From positions 5,086,001 to 5,150,000 of the forward strand of contig CM075997.1 in the NCBI GenBank assembly GCA_038087875.1: DNA of 64,000 nt. Direction: 5' to 3'. Made by a program: the position numbers and the translations under genes. Of this stretch, positions 25,766 through 39,397 are shown one piece after another. The notes beneath the pieces were generated by a model. The model was given only the letters and a program-made list of their open reading frames with translations. It did not search any database and was not told the origin of the DNA. The DNA comes from Malacoraja senta (taxonomy: Eukaryota). Within the stretch, counting starts at the first letter, position 1. Every line of letters begins with the position of its first letter.

Positions 25766-25939
25766 TACCTGGACTACAGGAGCTACACGCTCAGCGGCTG
25801 CGTGAGGGAGAACCCGGCGCTGGAGCGGGCAGTCTCGCTGGTCAACGGCATCTCGCAGTGGGTCCAGCTGATGATCCTCACCAGGCCCACCCCCGTCCAA
25901 CGAGCAGAAGTCTTCACCAAGTTCATCCACGTGGCGCAG
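25766..25939 (+). CDS. RASGRP4: RASGRP exon, GEF domain (YLDYRSY...[32 protein letters not shown])
   Basis: 174 nt, ttgcAG acceptor, GTACAT donor. Confidence 0.95.
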
Positions 25940-27029
25940 GTACATCAGAGATCGACGCAAAGTGCTGGAGCAACTCAGCGGGTCAGGCAACACCTCGGAC
26001 AAAATGGAGAGGGATGTGGGCCAAAATCATCAGGCGGGACTAGCGTAGATGGGGCAACTTGGTCGGCATGGATAAGTTGGGCCGAATGGCCTGATTCTGT
26101 GCTGAATGACTACCTGACTGATAAAAGGCACAGTGGAGCAGCGGTAGAGTTGCTGCCTCACAGAGCCAGAGACCCGGCTTAAATCCCGACTACGGGTGCT
26201 GCCTTTGCACGATCTCCCCACAACCTGCGTGGGTTTTCTCCGAGATCTCCGGTTTCCTCCCACACTCCAAAATATGTGGGTTAGCCTGTGGAATTCTCTG
26301 CCTCAGGTGGGCGGTGGAGGCAGGTTCTCTGGATGCTTTCAAGGGAGAGCTAGATAGGGCTGTTAAAAATAGCGGAGTCGGGATATGGGGAGAAGGCAGG
26401 AACGGGGTACTGATTGGGGATGATCAGCCATGATCACATTGAATGGCGGTGCTGGCTCGAAGGGCCAAATGGCCTACTCCTGCACATAATGTCTATTGTC
26501 TATTGTTAATTGTCCCCAGTGTGTGTAGGCTATTGTTAGTGTGTGGGGATCGCTGGTCGGCACGGACCCGGTGGGCTGAAGGGCCTGTTTCCGCTCGGTA
26601 CCTCTAAATTAAATTAATCTAATCTAAAAGGAACAGGTGAGGTTTCGGGTGGAGACCCTTCTTCAGACGGAGAGTCAGGGGAGAGCGAAATTAAAGATGT
26701 GAAGAGGTACATGGAACAAAGGAATGAAAGATTCAACGATGATCAAGGAAAGGTGGAGCCCACAATGGTCCATTGTTGGCTGTGGGGAAGGCGATAATGA
26801 GTGATTACTGACAGTGAAACTAGTATGACGACTAGGGTGGGGGAGGGATGGAGAGAGTTGGGATGCAGGGATTACTTGAAGTTAGAGACGTCAATATTCA
26901 TACTGAAGGTAGACACAAAGTGCTGGAGGAACTCAGTGGGTGAAGCAGCATCTATGCAGAGAAGGAATCGGCGACATTTCGGGTCGAGTCCTTCAATATT
27001 CATTCTGCAGTTCCTTCCTACACATGTTC

Positions 27030-28060
27030 CACAGGGATGTAATGTTGAGGCTTCACAAGGCCCTGGTCACGCCACATTTGGAATATTGTGATCAATTATG
27101 GGCCTCGTTTCTGAGGAAGGATGTGCTGGCTCTGGAGAGGGTCCAGAGGAGGTTTACAAGAATGATCCCAGGAATTAATGGGTTAACCTATGATGAGCGT
27201 TAGACGGCACTGGGCCTGCAATAGACAATAGACAATAGGTGCAGGAGTAGGCCATATGGCCCTTCGAGCCTGCACCGCCATTCAATGTGATCATGGCTGA
27301 TCATCCCCAATCAGTACCCCGTTCCTGCCTTCTCCCCATATCCCCTGACTCCGCTATTTTTTAGAGCCCTATCTAGCTCTCTCTTGAAAGCATCCAGGGA
27401 ACCTGCCTCCACCGCCCTCTGAGGCAGAGAATTCCACAGACTCGCCACTCTCTGTGAGAAAAAGTGTTTCCTCGTCTCTGTTCTAAATGGCTTACTCCTT
27501 ATTCTTAAACTGTGGCCCCTGGTTCTGGACCCCCCCCCCAACATCGGGAACATGTTTCCTGCCTCTAGCGAGCAAACCCTTAACAATCTTATATGTTTCA
27601 ATGAGATTTCCTCTCATCCTTCTAAACTCCAGAGCACTTGCTGGAGTTTAGAAGGATGAGGGGGGGAAAGGCCTGGATAGTGTGGATGTGCGGGGGGATA
27701 GGCCTGGATAGTGTGGATGTGGAGAGGAGGTTTCCACTAGTGGGAGAGTCTAGGACTAGAGGTCGCAGCCTCAAAATTAATAAGTTTATTTAGGAAGAAG
27801 ATGAGGAGAAATTTCTTTAGTCAGAGGGTGGTGAATGTGTGGAATTCATTGCCACTGAAGGCTGTGGAGGCCAAGTCAGTGGATATTTTTAAGGAAGAGA
27901 TTGACAGATTCTTGATTAGTGCGGGTGTCAGAGGTTATGGGGAGAAGGTAGGAGAATGGGGTTGAGAGGGAGAGATAGATCAGCCATGGTTGAATGGCGG
28001 AGTAGACTTTATGGGCCGAATGGCCTAATTCTGCTCCGATCACATGACTTTATGACCTTA
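27030..28060 (+). mobile_element. CR1-type fragment interrupted by an opposite-strand CR1 (about 27221-27635)
   Basis: ORFs 26940..27203 (+) and 27311..27601 (-). Confidence 0.8.
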
Positions 28061-28544
28061 TATTGTCTACTCAGGAACAGCAGACGGGAGTTGGTGCCCC
28101 AGAGGAAGTCAGTCGCACAACATGTTGGTTGCCAGGCAACTGTCCCCACTGGAGTAACAGCACCAGAGGTTCCCCTGTCACCTCATCAAAAATAATCACC
28201 TCTACTCTCCGAAGTGTTTGATTAAATTAACGATTCACTCATCTGTGCAGACACGAGGAATTGCAGATGCTGATTTACAAAAAAAGACACAAGGTGCTGG
28301 AGTAACTCAGCCGCTCGGGCAGCCTCTCGGGAGAACATGGATGGGTGATGTTTCGGGTCGGGACCCTCCCCCTGGCTGATCAGACTGGATCCCCATCGCT
28401 CTCAGTCTGAGGAAGGGTCTCGACCCAAAACGTCGGCCATTCCGTCTCTCCACAGATGCTGCCTGTTCCCGCTGAGTTACTCCAGCATTTTGTGTCTATC
28501 TTCGGTCCCCATCACTCCTTCTCACTCCTGAATCTATTGAACCA

Positions 28545-29010
28545 ATGGCGCACCCCGGCCACTCCCTCTTCTCCTCTCTTCCATCGGGCACAAGGTATGG
28601 AAATGCGAAAACGCACACCTCCAGATGTCTGACGAAGGGTCTCGACCCGAAATGTCACCTATTCCATCACTCCATAGATGCTGCCTCACCCGCTGAGTTT
28701 CTCCAGTATTTTTGTCTACCTGCAGATTCAGGGACAGTTTCTTCCCAGCTGTTATCAGGCAACTGAACCATCCTACCACAACCAGAGAGCGGTCCTGAAC
28801 TACTATCTACCTCATTGGTGACCCTCGGACTATCCTTGATCGGACTTTGCTGGCTTTACCTTGCACTAAACTTTATTCCCTTATCATGTATCTGTACACT
28901 GTAAATGGCTCGATTGTAATCATGTATTGTCTTCCCGCTGACTGGTTAGCACGCAACAAAAGCTTTTCACTGTACCTCGGTACACTGACAATAAACTAGA
29001 CTGAACTCAA
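28545..29010 (+). mobile_element. Rex1/Babar-like LINE 3' end with an inserted Penelope-terminus fragment
   Basis: HPGHSLFSSLPSGTRY...HTSR / FRDSFFPAVIRQLN. Confidence 0.75.
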
Positions 29011-30880
29011 CTGAAGCACAGATTTGCAATCCCAATTTCCCAGAGCAGTTTTCTTCCCCCTGCAGAGTCTTCTCACTAAATTACATGGAACATTTTATTT
29101 ATTAGTTCACAGGAAGTGGAAAGTCTTAATTGTCAATGGTCTGAATTTTTTTCACACAGACACAAACCTGTTTTTATTTAATTATTATAATTTTCCACTT
29201 GCCTCGGTGGGAATCGAATTCACATCTCCGGATCAATAGTTTAGTTTAGTTTATAGATACAGCATGGAAACAGGCCATTCGCCACCCCTCACCCTTCCCC
29301 GCCCCACCTGAGTCCACCCGTTCACACCAGTTCTATGCTATCCCACTCCTAACACTCGAGGGGCAAACCTGGACGTCTTTGGAATGTGGGAGGAAACCCT
29401 CACAGTCACGGGGAGAACGTGCAAACTCCGTACAGACAGCACCCGTAGTCGGGATCGCGCCCAGGTCTCTGGCGCTGTGAGGCAGCAACTCTACCGCTGC
29501 GCCACCACGCCACCCTTAATAGAATCATTGGTAACGTAATTAAAACATGAAGTAAAAGACTCACAATGAAATCTGTGGTGACATTGAATGTTCGTACCGT
29601 GTCCCTTGCCTGCTAAAGGTTGCACAGCAGCGGTAGAGTTGCTGCCTCACAGCGCCAGAGACCTGAGTTCAATCCTGACTACGGGTGCTGTCTGTACGGA
29701 GTTTGTACGTTCTTCCATTGACCTATGTGGGTTTTTTCCGAGATCATCGGTTTCCTCCCACAATCCAAAGATGTGCAGGTTAATTGGCTTGGTATAAAAT
29801 TTGTCCCTAGTGTGTGTAGGATAGTGTTAATGTTCGGGGATCTCTGGTCGGCACGGACTCAGTGGGCCGAAGAGCCTATTTACACACCGTATCTCTAAAC
29901 CAAACAGTTACACTGCTGTGTGGTAAATTTGTTCAATACCTTTTGCCGGAATTGTCCACAAGGTTTTTAAAACAATATTTTGGCCCCCTAACGGCCCAGT
30001 TTCAATCCTTTGTGGCCTGGTTTTAGTCCGTGACTGAAGGTAGATGGTTACCATGCCGACCGCAAGATCACCTCTCAGCTTACCATCAGTCATCTCTGGG
30101 GCCGTTTTTCTTTTCAGTTTTGGGGAGTTTTTTGCCTTTCTGTAAAATCGGTTATTTTTTATTTAGAAACAAAAGCTCAAAAGACGCCTTTTTGTGGATG
30201 CTCCCAAGTGTAACTATAATCAGTTTTTTGGGGGCGTCACGGTGGCGCAGCGGTAGAGTTGCTGCCTCACAGCGCCAGAGACCCGGGTTCGATCCCGACT
30301 ACGGGTGCTGCCTGTACGGAGTTCGTACGTTCTCCCCGTGACCTGCGTGGGTTTTCTCCAGGAGCACCGGTTTCCTCCCACACTCCCGAAGACTGTTTAG
30401 TTTAGTCTAGTTTATAGTCACATGTACCGAGATACAGTGTAAAGCTTTTGTTGCGTTCTATCCAGTCAGCGGAAAGACAATACATGATTACAATCGATCC
30501 GCCCACAGTGTACAGATACACGATAAAGGGAAAAAAGTGAATAACATCCAGTGCAAGATAAAGTCTGAAGAAGGGTCTCGATCCGAGACGTCACCCATTC
30601 CTTCTCTCCAGAGATGCTGCCTGACCTGCTGAGTTACTCCAGCACTTTGTGTCTGTCTTCAGTCGAAACTTGCAGTTCCTTCCTACACAGTTCCAGATAA
30701 AGTTTAGTCGGTGGGTATTTTCATACGCTGAGGCTAAGTCAATGGATATTTTGAAGGAAGAGATTGGTAGATTCTTGATTAGTAAGATTGTCAGGGGTTA
30801 CGGGGAGCAGGCAGGAGAAGGGAAAGATAGATCAGCCATGATTGAATGGCAGAGAAGACTTGATGGGCTGAATGGCCTAA

Positions 30881-31193
30881 TGGTCCTGTCCCACTTACGC
30901 GACTTTTTCGGCGACTGCTGGCACCCGTCATAGGTCGTTGCAGGTGGCCGAAAATGTTCAACATCCAGCGGTGACCAGAACAAGGTACAACTCTTTGGGC
31001 GACTATACCGGCGTCACCTCGTGACATGTCGCCAGGGTGTCGCCTGCCTGGTCATGAGCAGTCGCCCAAAGAGTCGTAGCATCTTTCTGGTTGATGCTGG
31101 ATTTTCAATATGTTGAACATTTTCGGCCACCTGCAACGACCTCTGATGGGTGCTGGCAGTCGCCAGAAAAGTCGCGTATGTGGGACAGGCCCT
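30881..31193. mobile_element. PIF/Harbinger-like MITE inserted in a CR1 tail
   Basis: TIRs TGGTCCTGTCCCAC / GTGGGACAGGCCCT; TAA TSD; removal restores GAATGGCCTAATTCTGCTC. Confidence 0.85.
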
Positions 31194-31386
31194 TAATTCT
31201 GCTCGTATAACTTATGAAATGTGTTGTGACTTATTGGGAGTTTTCATGGTCAAGTGAGAGGGGGTAAGCTACAGGGATGTAAGAGGGGCAATGGGATTGA
31301 CAGGGTCATTGGGAGCTGACATGGACCTGGTGCTTGGACAGTGGTGGCTAAGAGGTAAAGTACCACGTGCTTCTGTTCCCTCACAG

Positions 31387-31503
31387 AAACTTCGCCTACT
31401 CCAGAACTTCAACACACTAATGGCGGTCATCGGAGGCCTTTGTCACAGCGCCATTTCACGTCTCAAAGAAACCAGCTCCCACCTCTCGCAAGACGTCTCT
31501 AAG
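31387..31503 (+). CDS. RASGRP4: RASGRP exon, GEF domain ([39 protein letters not shown])
   Basis: 117 nt, tcacAG acceptor, GTCTGT donor. Confidence 0.95.
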
Positions 31504-31799
31504 GTCTGTACGTTTGTTCCTTGGGACTCTGGGACAGGGGCTATCCCAACGTTTAAGAAACAGTTGGACAAGACAGGTTTGGAGGGATATGGACCAAACG
31601 TGGGCAGGAGGGACTCGTATAGATGGGACATGTTGAGGCAAATTGGGCTGAAGGGCCTGTTTCCACGCTGAATCACTCTGTGACTCTATGACTCTGGTTA
31701 TTTGGCTCAAAGCCACCTCTGGTTCAGCCAGGCCTTGGGGCAACAAGGTGTCTGGGGATTTATAAACAAGCAATGCCCAAAATGGCCACAGATAATGGC

Positions 31800-32108
31800 G
31801 GGCGGCACGGTGGCACAGTGGTAGCGTTGCTGCCTAACACCTCCAGAGACCCGGGTTCAATCCTGACTACGGGTGCTGTCTGTACGGAGTTTGTACGTTC
31901 TCCCCGTGACCTGCGTGGGTTTTCTCCGAGATCTTCGGTTTCCTCCCACACTCCAAATACATACAGGTTTGTGGGTTAATTGGCCTGGTGTAAGTGTAAA
32001 TTGTCCCTAGTGTGTGTAGGATAGTGTTAGTGTGCAGAGTTCGTAGTCAGCGTGGATTCGGTGGGCCGAAGGGCCTGTGTCCGCGCTGTATCTCTAAACT
32101 AAACTAAA
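31800..32108 (+). mobile_element. HE1-like V-SINE, full length; representative of more than 20 copies (e.g. 1592-1895, 18592-18884, 22728-23018, 24212-24519, 29620-29903, 33915-34212, 35290-35588, 38268-38572, 63418-63672)
   Basis: GGCACGGTGGC..AG..GGT A-box, GGTTCAATCC B-box, V-domain-like core, GGGCCGAAGGGCCTG..(TAAAC)n tail. Confidence 0.88.
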
Positions 32109-32386
32109 AATTAAGAACAACATCTGATGAATGGAGATGTTTAAGGTGAGGTGCACTTAGAGTCAAAATGTCCTGCTGAGGGTGGGAGGTAACAATGTTA
32201 GATTAGGGAAATGTGTAGAAAGGACCTGCAGATGCTGGTTTATACCAAAGGTAGACACAAAGTGCTGGAGTAACTCAGCGCGTCAGGCAGCATCTCTGGA
32301 GGAAAAGCCTTCTTCAGAAGAAGGGTCCCAACCCAAAATGTCACTCAACCTTTTTCTCCAGAGATGCTGCCTGACCCATTGAGTTA

Positions 32387-32694
32387 AGGGGCTGTCCCAC
32401 TGTACGAGATAATTCAAGAGCTCTCCCGAGTTTAAAAAAAAATCAAACTCGTGGTAAGCACGTAGAATGTACGTAGCGGGTACGTCGGAGCTCGGGGACG
32501 TCTCTTAGCGGCTCGTAACGCTAACGGCAGGTACTCGGGAAACGCGGTAAGCTCGGGAAGATTTTTCAACATGTTGAAAAATGTCCACGAGAGCCCCGAG
32601 TACCTACGAGTGGCTATTACCGTAATTCTCCGAGTTCGAATCAGGGCAAACTCGGGAGAACTCTTGAATTAGCTCGTACAGTGGGACAGGCATT
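32387..32694. mobile_element. PIF/Harbinger-like MITE
   Basis: TIRs AGGGGCTGTCCCAC / GTGGGACAGGCATT; TTA TSD inside GAGTTACTCCAGCA. Confidence 0.85.
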
Positions 32695-32991
32695 TTACTC
32701 CAGCACATTTGTGTCTGTCTTAGATTCGAGAACCTTAGTTTACAAAGGGAATAGTTCAGAAATTAGAAGGAAGTTTATGTCAGGTACAGTACAGGCATTT
32801 GGTTTCAAGAGAATCCTTTGAGGTTTAAACCTCGGACAGTACAGCACAGAAGCAGGCCCTTCAGCCCACAACGGCTGTGCCGAACATGATGCCAAGGTAA
32901 ACGACTCTTATCTGCCTGCACGTGATCACTAGATAGGCACGTGCGTGTCTAGTAAGCTCATGAACACCACTGTCGTATCTGCCTCCACCAT

Positions 32992-33185
32992 GTTCCACAC
33001 TTTTCAGTTTTTTATTTGTAAAAAAATTTGAAAACCATGTATCATTTTCCTTCCACTTCACAATTATGCGCCACTTTGTGTTGGTCTATCACATAAAATC
33101 CCAATAAAATACATTTACGTTTGTGGTTGTAACGTGACAAAAGGTGGAAATGTTCAAGGGGTATGAATACTTTCGCAAGCCACTG
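32992..33185. mobile_element. Tc1-like transposon terminal inverted repeat (one end)
   Basis: Ends ..GGGTATGAATACTTTCGCAAGCCACTG followed by TA, typical of IR/DR Tc1 termini. Confidence 0.8.
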
Positions 33186-34274
33186 TATATATAAAGATAC
33201 TTGTATATACACACACCAGAATACACAGAAAGGTAGTTCCTACACACACATCCACATATGTAGACAATAGACAATAGGTGCAGGAGTAGGCCATTCGGCC
33301 CTTCGAGCCAGCACCGCCATTCAATGTGATCGTGGCTGATCATCCCCAACCAGTATCCCGTTCCTGCCTTCTCCCCATATCCCCTGACTCTGCTATCTTT
33401 CAGAGTCTTTAACGTACATATCCTTACACACACACACACACACACACACAGTGATGTGACTATCATGTACAGCCTGTTCCTTGGTGTTTAAGGTCATAAG
33501 GAATAGGAGTAGAATTAGGCCATTCGGCCCATCAAGTCTACGCCGCCATTTAATCATGGCTGATCTACCTCTCCCTCCTAACCCCATTCTCTTGCCTTCT
33601 TTTAACCTGCGACACCTGTACTAATTTGGTTTGGACCACACATCCTTGTGTGACTGGTGCATCGTGCACCTGTTGGTGTAAGTTGATCCTGCTAGACTCC
33701 CGCTCCGTGCAAAACGCACCCTCAGCCACAGGACAATAACGCAACTGGTGGCTGAGGCAGAGATGATGCCCGGGCACGCTGGCGGCGTCAGCCAGTCACT
33801 ACTTTGCCCGTGGTTTCTGGCGGTGAGGCCGCAGAAACAAAACTTTACCCCAGGGGATCACCTGGGACCTGTGTCCATCATCCGCTGGCGAAGGGGCTCC
33901 ACAGAGAGAGATCAGCTTTAGCTTAGTTTAGAGATACAGCACGGAAACAGGCCCTTCGGCCCACTGAGTCCGTGCCGACCAGCGATCACACTAACACTGT
34001 CCTACGCACACTGGGGACAATTTTATATTCATACCAAGCCAATTAACCTACAAACCTGTACGTTGTTGGATTCTGGGAGGAAACCGAAAATCTCAGAGAA
34101 AATCCACGGGGAGAACGTACAAACTCCATACAGACAGCACCCATAGTCGGGATCGAACCTGTGTCTCCGGTGCTGTGAGGCAGCAACTCTAACGCTGCGC
34201 CACCGTGCCGCCCCACCGAGGTAGTTCAGGGACTGGAAGACGGCTGGTAGATTGAGGGCAGCTTTAAACCCCCC

Positions 34275-35045
<771 letters not shown>

Positions 35046-35874
35046 GGAAGCTGGTTGGACCCCGGGGCAGTTACATCACTGCTGTCTCGCTTGGCAGGGA
35101 GTTTGGATCAGGCAACGTGAGCTGAACAAATGCAGTCAGAGCAGTTTGGCACAAAACCCTGGTGTTTGCCTTGGCCAGCACAATTCCACCCAGCATGGAG
35201 ATCGCAGCCTGCCCAGCGGAGTGGGAATGGATAGGATATGTGGGAAGGAACTGCAGATGCTGGCGAAGATAGACACATAATGTCACCATGGGGCGGCACG
35301 GTGGCGCAGCGGTAGAGTTGTTGCCTCACAGTGCCAAAGACCCGGGTTCAATCCTGACTGCAGGGTGCTGTCAGTACGGAGTTTGTATGTTCTCCCCGTG
35401 GTTTTCCTGTGAACGCGTGGGTTTACTCCGGGTGCTCCGGTTTCCTCCCACACTCAAAGGACGTACAGGCTTCAGCAAAGGTTGTAAATTGGCCCCTAGT
35501 GTGTTGGCTTGTGCTTGTATACGGGGTGACCACTGGTCGGCGCAGACTCGGTGGGCTGAAGGGCCTGTATCTGTGCTGTATCTCTAAATCCTAGAGGGAT
35601 ATGCGCCAAACGCAGGCAGGTGGGACTAGGGTACATGGGACGTTGGTTGGTGTGGGCAGGTTGGGCCAAAGGGCCTATTTCCACGTTGTATCATGCTATG
35701 ATTCTCCATGACTCTTAGATGGGACATGTTGATCAGAATGGAAAGGTTGGGCCGAAGGGTCTGTTTCCATGCTGTAAGACTGTATGGTTCTCTATGACTC
35801 TTAGATGGGACATGTTGGGTCGGCATGGGAAAGTTGGGCCGAAGGGCCTGTGTCCACGCTGTATATCTATACTC

Positions 35875-36068
35875 TGGCCAGATGGAAATGCCTCAATCGA
35901 TTGAGAACTGGTGTTGGCAGAGTCAAGGTGTCTATAAACAAGTGGGGATATAACTCCAACGATGTCACCTGAGAATGTGCTATTGAATCACAAACAATGG
36001 AGCATCTGCTGAAATGCCCTCAACTGGAAAAACCAGCGCACAACTGCCAATCTCGCTGCTTACAATGA
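35875..36068 (+). mobile_element. Ingi/Vingi-like LINE C-terminal fragment
   Basis: Manual translation ARWKCLNRLRTGVGRVKVSINKWGY...*ECAIESQTMEHLLKCP (decayed CCHC knuckle). Confidence 0.65.
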
Positions 36069-36072
36069 AGAT

Positions 36073-36495
36073 AATAGACAATAGACAATAGGTGCAGGAG
36101 TAGGCCATTCGGCCCTTCGAGCCAACACCGTCATTCAATGTGATCATGGCTGATCATCCCCAATCAGTATCCCGTTCCTGCCTTCTCCCCATATCCCCTG
36201 ACTCCGCTATCTTTAAAAGCCCTATCTAGCTCTCTCTTGAAAGTATCCAGAGAACCGGCCTCCACCACCCCCTGAGGCAGAGAATTCCACAGACTCACAA
36301 CTCTCTGTGTGAAAAAGTGTTTCCTCATCTCCGTTCTAAATGGCTTACCCCTTATTCTTAAACTGTGGCCCATGGTTCCGGACTCCCCCAACATCGGGAA
36401 CATGTTTCCTGCCTCTAGCGAGTCCAAACCCTTAATAATCTTATATGTTTCAAAAAGATACCCTCTCATCCTTCTAAACTCCAGAGTGTACAAGC
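36073..36495 (-). mobile_element. CR1-type LINE 3' fragment
   Basis: ORF 36164..36565. Confidence 0.85.
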
Positions 36496-36838
36496 TTAGC
36501 TGCAAGATGCCGTGAAATGTGTTCAGCTCCGGCTGAACGATATCTAATCTTGTGAAGGTACACAAAATTGCTGGAGAAACTCAGCGGGTGCAGCAGCATC
36601 TATGGAGCGAAGGAAATAGGCAACGTTTCGGGCCGAAACCCTTCTTCAGACCGTTCTAATCTTGTGATATGGACTCGATAATAATCTAAACTCTAAAGTA
36701 ACGAAAGTTTGGAGGGATATGGACCAAACGCAGGCAGGTGGGACTAGTGTAGATGGGACGTTGGGCCGAAGGGCCTGTTTCCACGCTGTATCACTCTGTG
36801 ACTGTATGAGTCTATGACGCTGTTCCTTGCCCCACCAG

Positions 36839-37114
36839 GCCTTGAACGAGATGACGGAACTGCTGTCCTCCTGCAGTAACTATAGCAACTACCGCCGGGT
36901 CTTCAGCGAGTGCACGGGCTTCAAGATCCCCATCCTGGGCGTTCACCTGAAGGACCTGGTGTCGCTGAACGAGGCACTGCCAGACTACCTGGAGGCCAAC
37001 AAGATCAACCTGAGCAAACTGCAGCAGCTGTACAGCCGCATCTCTGAGCTGACTCGCATCCAAGACTGCACTCCGCCCTTCGAGGCCAACAAGGACCTGG
37101 TGCATCTGCTGACG
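36839..37114 (+). CDS. RASGRP4: RASGRP exon, GEF domain ([11 protein letters not shown]...[13 protein letters not shown]...NKDLVHLLT)
   Basis: 276 nt, caccAG acceptor, GTGAGA donor. Confidence 0.95.
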
Positions 37115-37304
37115 GTGAGACCTCCCATCCACTGTGGGGCAGGCATCGGACCACGGACGGCACGGTGGCGCAGCGATAGAGTTGCTGCCTCACAGCAATA
37201 GACAATAGGCAATAGGTGCAGGAGTAGGCCCTTCGGCCCTTCGAGCCAGCACCGCCATTCATATGATCAGTAGGTTAATTGGCCTACTCCTGCACCGATT
37301 GTCT

Positions 37305-37831
37305 ATTGTCAATGTGATCATGGCCGATCATCCACAATCAGTACCCCGATCCAGCCTTCTCCCACATCCCCTGACTCCGCTATCTTTAAGAGCCCTGTCT
37401 AGTTCTCTCTTGAAAGCATCCAGAGAATTGGCCTCCACCGCCCTCTGAGGCAGAGAATTCCACAGACTCACACCTGTCTGTGTGAAAAAGTATTTCCTCA
37501 TCTCCGTTCTAAATGGCTTACTGCTTATTCTTAAACTGTGGCCCCTGGTTCTGGACTCCCCCAACATCGGGAACATGTTTCCTGCCTCTAACGTATCCAA
37601 ACTCTTAATAATCTTATATGTTTCAATAAGAAACCCTCTCATCCTTCCAAATTCCAGAGTGTACAAGCCCAGCCGCTCCATTCTATCAACATATGACAGT
37701 CCCGCCATCCCGGGAATTAACCTGGTGAACCTACGCTGCACTCCCTCAATAGCAAGAATGACCTTCCTCAAATTTGGAGACCAAAACTGCACACAATACT
37801 CCAGGTGTGGTCTCACTAGGGCCCTGTACAA
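37305..37831 (-). mobile_element. CR1-type LINE 3' fragment (second copy about 49052-49578)
   Basis: ORF 37328..37867. Confidence 0.88.
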
Positions 37832-39263
37832 CTGGCGCCAGAGACCCGGGTTCAATCCTGACCCCACTGACCAAGGGCAACCCCAACCTCAGTCTGCAGA
37901 AGGGTCTCGACCCGAAACGTCACCAATTCCTTCTCTCCAGAGACGCTGCCTGTCCCGCTGAGTTACTCCAGCACTTTGTATCTATCTTCAGTCCCAACTA
38001 ACACAAGTCAGGGAAAAATTACAGTCTCTGTATCATCAGGTTCTCGGGGTGGAATCCTCCAAAGAGTGCAGGTTTGTAGGTTAATTGGCTTCGGTAAAGA
38101 AAATGGTAATTGTTAAAAAGGATAGTGTTAGTGTGCAGGGATCGCTGGTCGCACGGACTCAGTGGGCCAAAGGGCCTGTTTCGTTGAACGAAAAAGCCGT
38201 GCTCTCCCTTCTGAAGGAGACTTTGCAAACAATGTGCTAAATCGGGGGGGTGGGGGGAGAAAAAAATGGGTGGCACGGTGGCGCAGCCGTAGAGTTGCTG
38301 CCTCACAGCGCCAGAGACCCAAGTTCGATCCTGACTACCGGTGCTGTCTGTACGGAGTTTGTACATTCACCTGCGTGGGTTTTCTCCGAGATCTTCGGTT
38401 TCCTCCCACACTCCAAAAGACCTACAGGTTTGTAGGTTAATTGGCTTGGTAAAAATTGTTTGTTCCTAGTGTGTGTAGGATAGTGTTAGTGTGCGGGGAT
38501 CGCTGGTCGGTGCAGACTCGGTGGGCCGAAGGGCCTGTTTCCGCGCTGTATCTCCAAACTAAAATAAACTAAACCAACACAAATCAGGTAAAGATTAGAG
38601 TGTGCCTTTATCAGATGGTTCCCCGGTTCGATCCTGACCTCAGGTGCTGTCTATGTGGAGTTTGCACATTCTCCCTGTGACCGCGTGGGTTTCCTCCGGG
38701 TGCTCTGCTTTTCTCCCACATTAAGGGTGGCACAGTGGCGCAGCGCATAGGGCTGCTGCCTCAGAGCTCCAGAGGCCCAGGTTTGCCACGCTGCCACTGA
38801 CTGTTCAGTATTTAGTTTAGTTTGGAGAAACAGCACGGAAACAGGCCCTTCGGCCCACCGACTCCGCGCCGACCAGCGATCCCCGCACACTAACACTATC
38901 CAACACACACTAGGGACGATTTTAAAACAAATATTTACACCAAGCCAATTAACCCACAAACCTGCACATCTTTGGAGTGTGGGGGGAAACCGAAGATCTC
39001 GGAGGAAACCCATGTGGGTCACGGGGAGAAGGTACAGACAAGCACCCGGAGTCAGGATCGAACCCGGGTCTCTGGCGCTGTGAGGCAGCCGCTCTTCTCG
39101 CTGGTGGCCGTGTCTTGTACCGGCTGAGTGTGATGGAGCAAGTTCACGGCTACCCCTCGCTGTAGACCGCCCTGCGTCCGGAGTGCGCTGGGCTCCACGC
39201 CCCCCCGGCCCCGCGCCCCGCTCCCTGGCCTTCCCGCTAATTGCCCTGTCCCGTTTCTCCCAG

Positions 39264-39344
39264 CTTTCGCTCGACCTCTACTACACCGAGGATGAGATCT
39301 ACGAGCTGTCCTACACGAGGGAGCCCAAGACTCATCGAACGGTG
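39264..39344 (+). CDS. RASGRP4: RASGRP exon ([27 protein letters not shown]), copy 1
   Basis: 81 nt, cccAG acceptor, GTAAGC donor. Confidence 0.93.
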
Positions 39345-39397
39345 GTAAGCAAACGTGCCGTAACGCGTGTCGCCGTAACACCAGCGATGAATTAGGG

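Noticed and set aside
31800..31875. tRNA-like sequences with A and B boxes (many copies)
   Set aside because: They are SINE heads that continue into core and tail sequence, not stand-alone tRNA genes.
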